DNA of 64,000 nucleotides, taken from Phoronis australis (taxonomy: Eukaryota > Animalia > Phoronida). Below, piece after piece: positions 13,711 through 27,624 of the stretch (positions within the stretch are counted from its first letter, which is position 1; each line of letters opens with the position of its first letter). The notes under the pieces are model-generated. The model saw nothing but the letters and a program-made list of their open reading frames with translations. It was not told the DNA's origin and did no database searches. The position numbers and the translations under genes were made by a program. Where the stretch lies: assembly GCA_002633005.1 (NCBI GenBank), contig NMRA01000572.1, positions 112,809 through 176,808 on the forward strand. The letters run 5' to 3'.

Positions 13711-14107
13711 CAGTGGCGGATAGGGTGTCCAAGAGCCCCCTAAAATTCTCCCAGATTCTATTAAGCATTTCCGGGGTGCGAAAGTCCGACGGGCAAAATC
13801 CTGGCTAATACATGCGCGCACCTGGGGGGCTCAAATGAGCTCCCCCCTCCCCTATTTGACAAAGTGGGCAAAAAGGTCCTTCTTAGAGAAAAAAAGTCCG
13901 AGGAAACGAAACAAAAGTCCACAGGAATTTGTCACGAATGTGCAATGCACAGGTTGAACCTAACACCCGTACTCATCTTCTTGCTCCAGTTAAAGGTCCA
14001 CATTACCGCGAAATTCGAGCCCACCTCTATATTTTAGGCTCGGTGCGCCCATGTGATCCTCTGCCTTGCCCCCCCCTCCCCCAAACAAAATTCTGGATCC
14101 ACCCCTG
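13711..14107. mobile_element. hAT-like MITE nested in the P-like element
   Basis: CAGTGGCGGA...GGATCCACCCCTG termini. Flanks GAACT/GAACC (5 bp, one mismatch). Confidence 0.65.
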
Positions 14108-15194
14108 GAACCATTGAACAATGACGGGACAGGTTTTCACGGATGTGAGGTCATTTTTTCATGGGCTAAAACTTCTTTACATTGAATTTAGACCTTGTGA
14201 AAAAACTAGCTGGGGACATTTTTCACAGGGTCATTATTTAATGCTATACCGGCTTAGTTGGGTATATTTCAACTCCGTTTCAAGTGAGAAATTCTGTATT
14301 TTGGGTATAGGTCGGATGCGCAATTCAGTCGTACAGGTTTGATATTTTGGTTACTGTGCACTTTACTTTTTTGCCAAGTTTTGAGTAACAAAACAAAGAG
14401 CTCGTAAGCAAACTGAGCAAATCCACAAAATTTCCAATATCAACTTTAACACTAGTGCAGATTTTGCAGGGATATGTTTGTTTTAATACAACAGAAGAAA
14501 TCTGATTTTGGAATAGTTATTAAGAAATGAGTGTATATTTTAACAGAGAATGCATTATTCACTTAGATGTACTGATTTTGATGGCTGGCAAGTAGATTCT
14601 GGGATCTTATTTTTCAGAACAAACAAAAATACATATGATTGATACCAAATAAAATAAAATTAACAAACAGCATCATCATTGGATAACAGCATATGTTGGT
14701 CAATAATTATCTTTTAATTGGTCTTATATGGTATCAATCACCAAGACTGATGTGGAAACAACGTGTAATCGCTCCGCTTAAACTATGATGACAGAACATG
14801 AAAACCTAGTGGCAGCACCTCTAAACTCCATGGCCGAACCAAAAATACCCAGGACCAAAAAACTTGACTCTTTGGCTGCATAACACTGTGAGCCCGCCAA
14901 TTTTCTGACTGATGCCGTAGGGCTCCCAGTGTTTTCCGCCATTTTTGTCCATTGTAACACTTTCCAATATGGCTGCATGTATCTGAGTGGCGCGCGCCCG
15001 GTCTATGTGATGTCTATGGTTCTGACTTTGAATTTTGTAGGAAAACATCTATTAAGAGCATGTTTGCGAATGGACCAGGCAGAGGGTGATAAACGCTATG
15101 TCACAGATTCATTTCATGTTTTTCCACGACTTCTCAGCAGATAAACAATATACAGTGTATAAACTTTGAAACACGATTTCAAAGTATAAGTTCA

Positions 15195-16958
15195 CAGGGC
15201 TCGACGCTATCAAAATCGCCAGGTCGCATTTTGCGACCTAGTCAAAATCCCAGGTCGCATTTTCAAAATCCAGCTCGCATTGATGAATGCCAGGTCGCAA
15301 GATTTTCCCGCCATTTTTACGCGCCAACATTATTTTTTAGATCACCGAGAAAATGTTTAGATGATGTTTTTAGTTGCAGCATTAAATACTCACAAATACC
15401 ATATCGCAAAATTGAGTTCGTTCATGCAGGTATGGCGTTACTCTTCTTCACGACCGCATTTGAAAGGCTCTAGAATGCAAGGCAAGTTGCCGACGTCAAA
15501 GTTGAATTAGTGCTCTCTAACTGAAACGAGTAGCTAAGTTTGCGATGTGAAAAGGGAGAAAATGCCGGTTGAAAAAGTATCCGCGATTTTGCTAGGTCTG
15601 ACCTGCTGCTGGCTGTCATCAAAGTCGTTAAAGAATCAAACTAACTCTGAGTGCAAATTCCCTCCTCTTTATGTTCGCAGCCCAAATTTTGCTACTTAAC
15701 TCGACCTTTGAAAAATATCTGTCGAAAAAAATCCATGAAACGATGCCTTAACCGAAAGACGTATTGGGATGCGCAGGAACAATTCAGTGCAAATTTCACA
15801 ACAAAAATTTGGAACTTATGCTGTTTGCTTACTCAACAATTACTTTTCCATGAAATGAATAGCCTCAAAATAATTCCTGACTCCGTGCGGGTTTCCATCT
15901 GGTAATTCGAGTTTGCTCCTCAATACCTTTCAAGTACTGGAAACATAGGTCAGTTACAAAACGACACGCATGTCACTAGTGTTAACGTTCTTTTGGAGGT
16001 ATGAAGCAAAGTTGGGATTTGGTTTTTTGAATTTGTTTTGTAAAATGAGAGTGACACACTACATAGGCTGCGTGTCAATTTTAGATCACGCGCGGTCGTT
16101 TGTAGTGCGCTATGATGGGCGCTAGCCTGAACTGCGGATGCTTATTGGAAATTCTCAAAAGTTGAGGGGGGACGCTTAGTAGATCAGTGAGTGCTTATTA
16201 TGAAACACTTCAAAGGTATGGTGTAGGCTTGTGCGTGAGCATAGTCGTTAACCTGAGTGTTTGCTGTAATAAGATATTAAAAGACTGCAATGGTAAGAAA
16301 TGTTATAATAATACGATACGAGGTAAACTCCATCTAGTAGGGGTGACTTTCTGGATATCGTTTCCACCTACACTGTAGTCATTTTAGCTACCCGGAATAA
16401 TTTTGTTTTAATTGCCCGCTTCAACCGGAACAAGATTGTATCTACGGCGACGGTGGGGTGTATGAATAGAAGAACAAAAAGTTCGCTTACCACAATTTTG
16501 CATCTAGAACTCGTTTAGTTTACAATAGCTAGATACGGGCATAGAATTATAGGGTTTAGGGAACATCGACCTCGGGAAACATCATCACAGGAAAATATCA
16601 GTTCTGGGTTATATCGGTCCTTGGCATTTGAACGTAGCGCCTACATGCACCGTAAGTTACGTTCAGTGCTCAAGGTGATACGATGGGCTCTGGGCGCCTA
16701 CTTACTCTAATTTTACCACTACATCACTGGTCCCGAGTAATTTTGAATTGGATTTGGCAACAGCCATATAACAGTCGGATTAACAAGAGTTGCTTTATAT
16801 TTGCCAGTTATCTGCCGAGAAGTGTAAAAACTCAGCTCGCATACGTTGGAAATTCCAGGTCGCATTTTGCGATTTGATACGTGCTGACAAAAATCTCAGC
16901 TCGCATTTCCAAATCTCAGGTCGCAAATGCGACCTGCAGGTCATTGTGTCGAGCCCTG
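15195..16958. mobile_element. Non-autonomous hAT-like element with 5-bp TSD
   Basis: TIR CAGGGCTCGAC...GTCGAGCCCTG. GTTCA on both sides. Subterminal CAGGTCGCA/TGCGACC repeats at both ends. Confidence 0.88.
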
Positions 16959-17029
16959 GTTCATGTACGTTGGGTTCTAACTGCTAAGTCTTCGAGGTGC
17001 TTTAACAGCAAGACTACCAACTTTCTTGG

Positions 17030-17620
17030 GCAAAATCACAAGAGATATCTAAATGTGGTATTTGATCTAAGTGCTAATGAACTGACTCAGATATGACAAT
17101 CTTATGTTAGCTGTTCAAAATACAGGTGATCGTGCTTACATGTACCTCATCCCATACTGTACAGGTAACTCTTGAGTCTGTATATATAATGTCGGACCAC
17201 TTTAAAGTGATATTTAGTGCGGCTAGAATCTGGTTTAACACTCATCGCCCAGTTAATATATACAAAGTAGTATGGAAAACGTGAGATATCTAAATGTGTT
17301 AACAGATCTAAGTGCCAGTGAATTGGCTCAAGCATGACACTCCTTATGTTAACCGTTCAAAATACAGGTGACCTCCGCACCTCCCTTAACTCATCATCAC
17401 ACACGGTACAAATAACTCTCATTCTGCAAAAACAGTGTTGGAACAAATTAAAGTCAAAAATGATATTTAATGTTATTGTAGTCTGGTTTAACACGTCATC
17501 TAGTTAAGTGGTACAAAGTAGCATGGAAAAACAAGATATGTAAATGTGTTCTTTGATCTAATTGCCAGTGAAATGGTTCAAGTATGACATTCCCAAAGCT
17601 AACCTTTCAAAATACAAGGC
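17030..17620. repeat. Degenerate ~245-bp tandem repeat, about 2.5 copies
   Basis: agatatctaaatgtg...gatctaagtgc...ttcaaaataca recurs at ~17043, 17284 and 17534. Confidence 0.75.
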
Positions 17621-18169
17621 CCTTCCCTTAATTTGTAATCACATATACTCGCCAGTCTGCCTAGGTCACTACCTTTCCTCAAGCTTGTACATAAGTCAAC
17701 ACTCAGATAAGGCTTCACTTTTCAGTTAGGTGAGGTTGAGTGTAATATGAATTTGAAAGATGAAAAGTGAAATACCATCATCTTTAAGTAAATTGGACAA
17801 CAAGGTTTCAACCAGAACACTGACTAAATATCTTAAATTTTACTGATAATCACAACAAGTGTTTCTATATTGCATTTTGCATTTACCTCAGTTTCTGCAA
17901 TATCACATCAATAACAACTGGTTAAATCACTCAGACAAGCCAACAGATTCTATAATGCTCGGGTGAAGATGAAATCTGAATTATTCCTCGACATCACTGA
18001 CTGTCAACTTTATTATCTCCCTAACTTGACCATTTTCCAGCGCGGTTCAAGGCAGCCAAGCATGAAAAGAAACCTTTACCTGTTGTGGTGTCAGTCAGCC
18101 TTCCTCCCTAAACGGCTTATCCGTCTTCATCGCCTCTGCAGTTCTTTCAGGGTCTGCTTTGTTGTTCAA

Positions 18170-20583
18170 CCGTAAACGTTCGGGTTAACGCCCATGCTCA
18201 GTTAACCGCCCACCCACTACTTTAGGTGGATTTTCGATTTAACCGCCCAGTGCTCAGTTAAGCGCCCCCCTGCGATTTTTGATGATTTCCAGTTAAGCGC
18301 CCACCTCTCGGTTAAGCGCCCATCCCCGACTTTTAAAGAATGAAGGTTTATCGCCCAGTGCTAAGGAAATGAGCGATTCCCCGACTTTTAGAAAAAGATC
18401 GATGATCACAATGAGCACAACGACGCCGGGCCTCCGAGACGGTGGTTTAGCAATGTGAATTACAATACAAGTAACGAGTTATTGTCTAGGGTCATGGACT
18501 CACTTCAAAATATAATACTTGAACGTTTTTTCACTTTATTTTCTTCCCATGTTTGCAAAGTTTAAGAACGCCGCCGGCGTCAAAACCTCCGTTTTCAGCG
18601 ACTTTGTCTGCCGCGCTGAGTTTCCGTTTGCAGTGCACTAGAAAAATCATATATTCGAAATAATAAGACCAGAGAAATGTGACAATGGTTTTGCCAACCC
18701 TCCAAATTCTATTAAGGTGGGAAGCTCTCGTACTTTGAGGAAATCTCACAACTCACAGAAAGATGGCAGATTCTCAATATTTTGATGAATGTAACTGCCG
18801 GGTTATAGAAGATGTGTGGCGACGGAAGGGACAGTACAAGTGCCTCAATGGGTTACCGATTTCGTTGCTGCCTATCGATTTCTGAATTCAAAGGTTGGCA
18901 ATAATGTACGTTTGTGTATGATCTTGAGGTAATATAAAACTGCTAGTCAAATTTATTTTGTTTTTCGCTTATTGCATCTCAGTCAAACTGGCGTCAGCAG
19001 ATACTAACGTCGTTGGCTGTTCTTTACTATTTCTTGCGTCAGTCCCCACGTATAAGCGTGACTGTGTGAATTATCTTTTCCACATCCCCTTTTTCGCCAT
19101 CCAGAATAATTTTGTTTATACATTGGCCAGTTTCAGCCTGAACAAAAATTCTTACCATTCGAGTCTGAAATATCTACGACGTAGACTGCTTGACGATAGT
19201 GGATAGGAGATTCACGCAGCTAGTTACAGGGATGGGCTTAGGGAGCATCGAGCCGGGAAATATCGGAATAGACTTGACATTGCAGTTTTAGGGAACATTG
19301 GCAACGGAGGAATATCGTAAAGAACTGGGTCTTTCGTAACAACAGCTTAAAAGTACATAGTCATGCCCGTTTTTGTTTCTTTGGGCTATTCTCTTTTGAT
19401 GTGTGACTTTTTAGTCAGTTTGGTGCACGTGCGCAAGTTCCCACACTTTGCAGTGCATGTTACCTTGACACCAACATGTGATTGACAGGTGACTCACACT
19501 GATTCCCGCCGCAATCTTTGGCCATAAAAACACTAGATGCATATTGAAAGAGGCCGTTATATTACTTGACGGCATTTCCAAGTCACGATTGTCAGCCGAC
19601 TGAGACATTGCGCGCAAACGGCGGGACCGAACAGTGCCGCAGTGCGATATTGCAAGTGATATAAATAGGATAATCTGGACATCTTGCATGAAAAATAAAT
19701 GTTTTTCCACCACGAAGTTTGGTAAGGTGATCGTTTAAGAATGAATTGAAACATCGCTGTTTTGTGGCGTTTATCTCATATTTATGTCGTGGCTCGAAAC
19801 TTTAATCTTGATTGACGAGTGGCTCACGGCCGCTTAACCCCGATTCTTGTCTTAGGCCTAGTTTTTTGCCGAGCATGTTTGGTGCAACGGCAAGTGAGCA
19901 ATGCCGGGCAGTCGAGATAAAATAGTTAGCCGCAGAACCATACGCTGAAAATGTCATTGAGTCACGGAGTGTCGAAACATCCTAAACCCAAAAAAAGAAC
20001 TGAATTAAGTTTTTCAAACTTTTATTACAACTAATTTTAAAACTGCTCTCAGACGAACTTGGCAGCTCAGTACGAGACTGTAACCATAAATTTGATGTCT
20101 GCTGTGACCTCTGCAACATGTGAAGCTTGCACGCGCGCACTGTAACAAGGTCACATCTTGAAGTAGTTGAAAACCAAGTAGAGGCTGCGTGGTCACTGGT
20201 CGTCTGCGCTCTAGAGGGCAAAGTAACAAGACTGCAGGACGCCACAGGGCTATTACTCGGCAGTTCTGTAAATTTAATAGTGAATAACTAATCTGAAGGC
20301 AAGAGAATCTTTGTTGGGATCATCCGCTGTTATGACATTTTTCCCGTCATGTGGCGACGTGACCGATAACGCTCTTTGAAAAGTGTTACGCGTTCCGAGT
20401 ACGAGGTAAGATTAACCACCCAGGGCGGTTGCCTGTCGTAATAAGCGCCCATGTTCGGTTAACCGCCCACCCTGGATTTCTTGAAATTTCACGTTTAAGC
20501 GCCCCTGTCTGGTTAACCGCCCACCCCTGATTTTTTGGGTTTGCCAATTTAACCGCCCAGCGCGTTAACCCGAACGTTTACGG
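18170..20583. mobile_element. Non-autonomous pogo/Tc2-like (Tc1/mariner) element
   Basis: TIR CCGTAAACGTTCGGGTTAACGC...GCGTTAACCCGAACGTTTACGG. TA on the right (left flank is AA). Multiple ttaa(c/g)cgccc subterminal repeats. Internal 19560-19750 is homologous (inverted) to ~2410-2580. Confidence 0.85.
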
Positions 20584-21574
20584 TACTTTCTGAAAAATGA
20601 CAGGTCGTTTGTAACACTCTCGAATTATAAACTTTTTGTAGAACTTCAAAGAGCCCAGCCACTACACAAGTGTGACTGCCTTTGAGTGATCTAATGATTT
20701 TAGCTGAGATAACTCATTTGACCCATGGCGTGTAATATTTAAAACGGCCCTAAGTACAACCAGAAAAAACACTGGGTACCTGGTTTATTTTTGCCAGTTT
20801 GATGGGATTCATTTGGACATCAAGAGAATATCATATCCAGATCCAAAATGTCGACAGAGTGGGACTCCTAAAAACATAACTACACACTAAGATTTCATGA
20901 ATTACATAATTCATTCAGCCAAAGTGGATAGAAATTGTGGCATGCAAGTTGTCAGTTAAAATTGGAATTTATAATGCTATGACTACAGCATTCACCAATA
21001 TATGTATAGGAAAAATACTTCCTGTAATGAACTAAAAAGAAGACACATAACAATAATGGTTGTTGAAAAGTGAAAGTCAATGAGATATTGCATTTTCTGC
21101 TTGTAACACGTGGACACTAGATGCACATAATCTCAGACTAAACTTACAAATAATGCAAGGCGCTACTAGTAAGTGGACTGAATAGCTCTAGGATAGTCTA
21201 GACTCTAACAACGGCGACAGGACAGGTATATCATTTGACTTAGGAACTCAAGACTGTTCATCAGTTGTTTACAGTGATGCAGGTATAGGACTACTGAACT
21301 TCACTAGGCGGTACAATAAAAAGCTCTGTCTATACTGTTCAAAAATAAGTAGTGTTGTTACAATTTTATGATACATGCATGGTCACTCAGTTTGTGAATT
21401 TCCTGAAAGGAGAACCAGTAACTTGGACTGCAGGGTACTATATTAGAATAGCAACTGTTGTTTCTTGTGGTGCTAACTGTTTCTCAAATCAGGTATCCAC
21501 AAAACTGACTATTACGGCCAAAATGCTATTGTGATAACTTCAAATTCAAAGAAAGTAGTAGTAGTAGTACTCAC

Positions 21575-21985
21575 CACATCCAACAGGAAAGAACACATGC
21601 ATTAACATTGTTGCATTCCAGTGGCAGTAAGTTGACTTTAGGCATTTCAACCAGCATCCCCACTTCAGGCTTGGCACACGAGTTACTGCTAATGAAATGG
21701 GTGTGCACAGTCTACTTGGTTTCCACAGAATTCCAAGATGAGCCCGGTGTCTTGCCCTTGCCTTAGACGCAGTCACACAGGCGTGACACAGGTCTGGTGA
21801 ACACGCATTTGTAAATTGTCCGACTCTCGCCAAAATCAGTTGCCACACAGTTTGTAGGTGTGGTGACTTAGTACTCACATTATGCTGTGTCAAGATTTCA
21901 CACATGTGCAGAGGATATTCTTTTAATGTCCCACACACTTCATCACACTCCATCATAACACTTAACACTACATCAGCCATTTTGG
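21575..21985 (-). pseudogene. Decayed Cys/His-rich exon, probably the N-terminus of a DNA-transposon protein
   Basis: MADVV...QLILARVGQF...HRAHLGILWKPSRLC, frameshifted HPFH, then FPVGC before a gtgagt donor. Resembles, from memory only, zinc-binding N-termini of invertebrate transposon ORFs. Confidence 0.3.
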
Positions 21986-24318
21986 CACCACTAAAGTGAC
22001 ACCTGTTGTTGGACACTGTGTTCTTAAACAAATGCGCCTGAGTTGATGACACTAAACTAAATATTAATAACCTAATTTGTAATCAAAACTATGCACTCTA
22101 CTGGTGTTGTAGTGTTCCAAACAGGTATTGGCATTGAGGGTAATTTCCACTCAGGTGGTTGTCACAATCTTGCAGTTGCTATAGGAAATGCTCGGCGCCA
22201 GAAGATTTTATTGTACCAGTCAACATCTCTAAGATGGAAACGTCTTGTGCAAAAGTCTGGTGTTGATCAGTGTTGTGCCGGCTGAGATATACGGGCTCAA
22301 ATTGTGGCGAAATTGCAATACTTTTGTTAACCTGTGACCCCTCTATACTTTATGCCTGATTTTTTTAACTTAGCGGCAGAGTTTATGAGTATGGTTTAAC
22401 ATCTTTGTGAAGCTGAAGACCAAGAAATATTCTCAACCAATCAGCGTAAAGTGGTTCATATTACATCGTGGCCACGAAATTACTCAGAAGCCACACTGCG
22501 TAACTATTGAGTTCCATTTCTTGGACATTCTGTACTTGTCGATCTCTGGGCTAAAATGCCGCGTTGCGTGGTGTACAGGTGTAGCAATGTCAGTGGCAGT
22601 GGCATGCATTTGCACAACTTCCCCACCGATCCCAACGTGTGCCGTGGGTAGAATAGATTCATATCTGCGACAAGGACTGGCGACAAAATTCCCGATCAGC
22701 AAGATATGTTCGAGACTAGGTGCAAAGCTGTGTACAAATCTACTGCTTTGCACCGATATGAGTAAAAATGACTTAATAAAATCTGACACAAAAGTAGTGT
22801 CACCACTCTTCTTTGAGTAAACCAAATTATTTACCGATGTTGGAAAAATTGGTGTTCTGCCACTCATCTACTGCTAAAATTGAAGTGCACCCTTGTGAGT
22901 CGGCTTTCGGCGTTTACGTCGCGTGACCTGAAGAGTTTCATTTCCCATCGTTTATTCTTCTATCTACTGTTCTTCCCTGCCATGAAATTGTTGGAACTGG
23001 TTTCGTTTCGTTGCATGTTTTTAGTATTTTTAAGACCAGTAAACCAAATTTTAGAACATAAACTTTGCTGCTGCGAAGCTGTCATCATGTCCCAAGAGAT
23101 GTCGCAAAATATTAGGACGGTGCGTGCGCGTGTCACAAGCGAACTGTTTTCAAAACTACGACTGACTTTCTTTGTTACAAAACTCAAAAGTAGGAGAGTT
23201 ATGTTAGAAAATGATGTTTATTAGCTTGTTTTTCACTTAAACCACTAGCAATGGGCAAGGCTAGTGTTGGAATTGTCTCCCAGATTTTGCATGCACCCCG
23301 TCGGTCGTTGGCTATACTGTATAAGTTTCAGAATGAGGTGACTAACAGTACTCATACCAGGCCTGTATGAAATTTCATGGTCTAACAGAGCTCAATTTAC
23401 AGTGTTACCTAGCTGTATGTTGACCATAGTCTTCAAACAGCTAGCTGGCTGGCTACAATTAAATTAAGATCTACAATGCGTTCTTCCACGTTTCATGTTA
23501 CTGTTCCAGCCCAGCGTATAGGGGGTCCGGCCCAAATCATAATATTCTCATTTGGGCCGTTCCCGTAGGCTTAACAGAATTCTGATACTGGCGGCTCATA
23601 TCGGAATATATTTTTTGATTGAATGTAGTACTATCAATTAATTACAAATCCTTATAATTCGGTATGTTTTCATGAAGTCTAGACTTTATTTCATAGTTTT
23701 AATTTATTGCAGATACTCACCACGCTGTGTTGATATTGAATTTTCGATCTTTTGAGGTTGACCGAGTCAAAATGGGGGCAACTACGGGTTGCAGGATTTC
23801 AAGGCGAATTATTTTGAAAATTAAGTTTCTAATATAAAATTGTCAATGAATTTGAATGGAATTGCTTTGTACGAAAAGCTAACATGTGTTGTAACATTTC
23901 CCCGTATTTTGCACCAAATTAAACGGCCTCTTGTCACAGATTCCAATACGGGACACACACTCAACAGCGGCCCGTATCGGAATCGCATAGCGTTCACACC
24001 TTCGGCTTCAAGGTTACAAGACATGATTGCAAAGGTCCTAACATCAGAATTTTTGTATCGAGCATTTTAACTACACTTTATAATAAACATTGTGAAATTG
24101 CCTGTTAACTATTCGGACAAAGTGTTTTGTTTTTCCTGCTGTTTCGGCAACCCCTGTCATCCTCGCGGGGTTTCCCATACGGGCCCGTATTAGAATGTGT
24201 GCTAAATAATTGAATAAAAATTCTGAAGGTAATTATTTTGATCAATTTTAATATTAATTGACATGAAAAAATAATTAATGTGTTTCCTTGATTTTCCACG
24301 TATTTTGCACTGAATTAA

Positions 24319-26157
24319 ATGGCCATGAAATTTGGCACATATGTTCCATTCATGAATGGGGCGGCATGTGCAAACTTTCGGACGGATCCGACTACCGGTG
24401 TGCCCCCTAGTGGCAATTTTAGTTTTTACGCTTATCTTTGTATCTTCAAAAGTCCTGAACGGATTTTCATGAAATTTAGTATGCAGGCACCTATTAGTGA
24501 GATGACGCTATCTTCTCGTTTTCAGATGGATTCGACATAGTTTGCGCCACCTAGTGGCCATTTTTAGTGTTTTCGAGTCCGTTTTTGTGCGTCCACCCCT
24601 CTATCAACCAAACTGCTCAAAGGATGATTGTGAAAATTGGCATGTATATGCTTACTATGTAGAGGATGGTTGGCGATGATTTTCCGACGATTTTGACTAC
24701 TGTGGCGCCTCCTAGTGGCAGTTTTGTTTTTTGTGCCTATGGCTGTATCTCCTAAACCGTTCGCAGGATCTTTGCGAAATTGTGTAAGTTTATTTATATG
24801 ATGTTAACAACGGAAGATGACGACTTTTGGACGAACCCGACTACCGGTGTGCCCTCTAGTGGCGATTTTAGTTTTTTACGCTTACTTTTGTATCTTCAAA
24901 AGTCCTGAACAGATTTTCATGAAATTTGATATGTAGGCACCTATTAGTGAGATGATGCTATCCTTCCGTTTTCAGATGGATTCGGCATAGTTTGCGCCAC
25001 CTAGTGGCCATTTTTACTGTTTTCGAGTCTGTATTTTTCGTACACCCCTCTATCAACAAAACCGCTCAAAGGATGATGGTGAAACTTGGCATGTATGTGC
25101 TTACTATAAAGAGGACAGCTGACAATGATTTTCAGACGATTTGGACTACTGTGGCACCTCCTAGTGGCAGTTTTTTTTTGCGCCTATGGCTGTATCTCCC
25201 AATCCGTTCCCCGGATCTTTACGAAATTTAATAAGTGTATTTATATGATATTAACAACAGACAATGACGACTTTTGGATGGATCCGCCTACCAGTGTGCC
25301 CCCTAGTGGCAATTTTATTTTTTTATGTTTACCTCTGTATCTTCACAAGTCCTTAACGAATTTTCATGAAATTTGGTATGTAGGCACCTATTAGTGCGAT
25401 GAAGCTATCCTCCCGTTTTGGAATGGAGTCGACCTAGTTTGCGACACCCAGTGGCCATTTTTACTGTTCTTTGAGTCTTTTTTAGCGTCCACCCCTCTAT
25501 CAACCAAACTGCTCAAAGTATGATTGTGAAAATTGGCATGTATGTTCTTACTATGAAGAGGACGGTTGACGCTGAATTTCCCATGACTTTGATTACTGTG
25601 GCGCCTCCTAGTGGCAGTTTTTTTTTGCGCCCATGGCTGTATCTCCCAATCCGTTTGCAGGATCTTTACTAAATTTAGCAAGTGTATTTATGTGATGTTG
25701 ACAACGTATGATGACAACTTAAGGATGATTCTGACTACCGGTATGCCTCTAGTGGCAATTTTAGTATTTTACCTTGACCTCTGTATTTTCATAGGTCTTC
25801 GGGTGTCTACTTTGTGTTACTTTGTGTCTATAAAGGAAAAGTTCCAAGTAGAAATTTGTTTCTGGCATTCTGATGCTGTGCTAATCTCGTATGTTGGTAA
25901 ATTTGTTTTTAATTCTATGTTTCTGTGGTGCTTTAAGCAACTGATGTATAGGATGTGCTTGTATTATGAAGATCACTCACATTTTGCCCCTAGCCTATTG
26001 AGGAGACAATGACCATGCCTTTCCATTTTGCAAAGTACAACATAGTACATATATGCCCTCTAGTGGCCACTTTATGGTACCAATAAACAACCCTAGAAGG
26101 ATACCGTATACGGTGCAATTGTGGGCGCATTTCAACGCTCTTCGTTGCTCTTGTCTT
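24319..26157 (+). mobile_element. HINE family A element (5'-truncated) with internal ~450-bp tandem repeats
   Basis: Unit starts recur at ~24383, 24834, 25281 and 25729. 3' subterminal GTGGGCGCAT (26121-26130), hairpin caacg..cgttg, end ctcttgt. Same family as 59209-60527. Confidence 0.8.
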
Positions 26158-26504
26158 ATTTTGTAACTGTAGCTCTGATGACTCATTTTACAGAATATTA
26201 AAGCTAGTTAAGATGATGTAATAAACTTTATAACAGCAATTTGACTCTAGATCACCAAACACATAATGCACTCATCATTCAACCAATAACTCTAATATTT
26301 GTTTGGTACGCTACTTGGCTGTTTTCGTAAATTTAGATGTAAAAGTCTTGGTCCACACAGTTTTTTTGAGTAAAATGCTTTCTACAGAGGTCTGTTTTTG
26401 TAAACTTAGATGTAAAAGCCTTATCCTACGCATTCTTTTGTAAAAAAACTCACTGTGTATGGGTAGGAAATATTGCTGCTAAACGTTGGTGTAGTGGGGG
26501 TTAT

Positions 26505-26692
26505 CATTGGCGGATCCAGGATTTTGAGTTAGGGGGGGGCCAAGGCACAGGAATACGTAACCAGAATTTCGCCCCATGCGCGCGCCCAGCCTAAAATGTA
26601 GGTATACAGGGTTCTCGAATCCTTGGGTTTGTGGACCTTATTACTAAAAAAAAACGATAAACGGGGTTTCTTCAAGGCTTACGCATTTGCAT
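26505..26692. mobile_element. Truncated left half of the MITE seen complete at 63036-63350
   Basis: ggcggatccaggattttgagttagggggg...gcccagcctaaaatgtagg...gtggaccttattactaaaaaa is shared with 63036-63210. Confidence 0.8.
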
Positions 26693-27112
26693 TCAGGACC
26701 TATTGTACTACACTCCTTGCAGCAAACATAGCCTGTCAAACACAGACCACAGTCTCTCCTCTTCTGACCCATATGTTAGGCTGTGTGAGCTGGGCAGTTT
26801 GGGAACTTAACTCGTGTTTTATAGCAGAGTGAATCACTGAACTGAGCTTACAGCTCCGCAAATTGTGTTCATCAGTTTGTGAGCCGTATCGTTCTTGCAG
26901 CCTGTTGATGTAAGTCTTATAAATATCAAGATTTCTCCTGTTAGTGGTGCATGGGCAATTTTGTAGGGTCCAGTAAAATTTCCAGTGATTATTCTTTTGT
27001 TAAAACTACACCACTGGATTTTAAGGTTCATGTATTGTCAGTTATTCCAAAGTGCAGTTTCATATTTTCAGTTTAAATTATCTTATTTTACTGTTGGTTG
27101 TTTTGTTTACAG

Positions 27113-27193
27113 TACGCAGTCTGGTGTCTTGTGTGGATAGGCTGGAATATATTTGTGATATGTCTCTATTTAGAAGTTGGAATCTTAACTAGG
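27113..27193 (+). CDS. NKAIN: NKAIN coding exon 3 (YAVWCLVWIGWNIFVICLYLEVGILTR)
   Basis: Read manually (too short for the ORF track). tttacag acceptor, gtaagt donor, 81 nt, phase 0/0. Hydrophobic segment with the NKAIN WNxFxICxYLEVG motif. Confidence 0.95.
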
Positions 27194-27289
27194 GTAAGTT
27201 GTTCTCATATACTAAGGGTCTGAGTTTGAGGTTAGGTGGAATCTTAGAAAATTCCGAATGTGGCCAACTTTGCAAAATTATATATCTTA

Positions 27290-27624
27290 GAAATATGGGT
27301 TCATATTCATATTATATCTTAGAAATATGGGTTCATATTCCTATCAAATGTGGGTTCATATTCCTATCAAATGTGGGTTCATATTCCTATCAAATATGGG
27401 TTCATATTCCTATCAAATGTGGGTTCATATTCCTATCAAATGTGGTTTCATATTCCTATCAAATGTGGGTTCATATTCCTATCTAATGTGGGTTCATATT
27501 CCTATCAAATGTGGGTTCATATTCCTATCAAATGTGGGTTCATATTCCTATCAAATGTGGGTTCATGTTCCTATCAAATGTGGGTTCATGTTCCTATCAA
27601 ATGTGGGTTCATACTCCTATCAAA
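27290..27624. repeat. 23-bp minisatellite (ATGTGGGTTCATATTCCTATCAA), about 13 copies
   Basis: Directly visible tandem array starting ~100 bp downstream of NKAIN exon 3. Confidence 0.97.

Larger units (their letters stand above)
11897..15018. mobile_element. Non-autonomous DNA transposon with 8-bp TSD (P-element-like termini)
   Basis: TIR CATAGACATC...GATGTCTATG plus inner atagaccgggcgc and gccatattgg..gtgttac matches. Perfect TSD GTTCTGAC at 11889-11896 and 15019-15026. Superfamily assignment is an inference. Confidence 0.8.
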
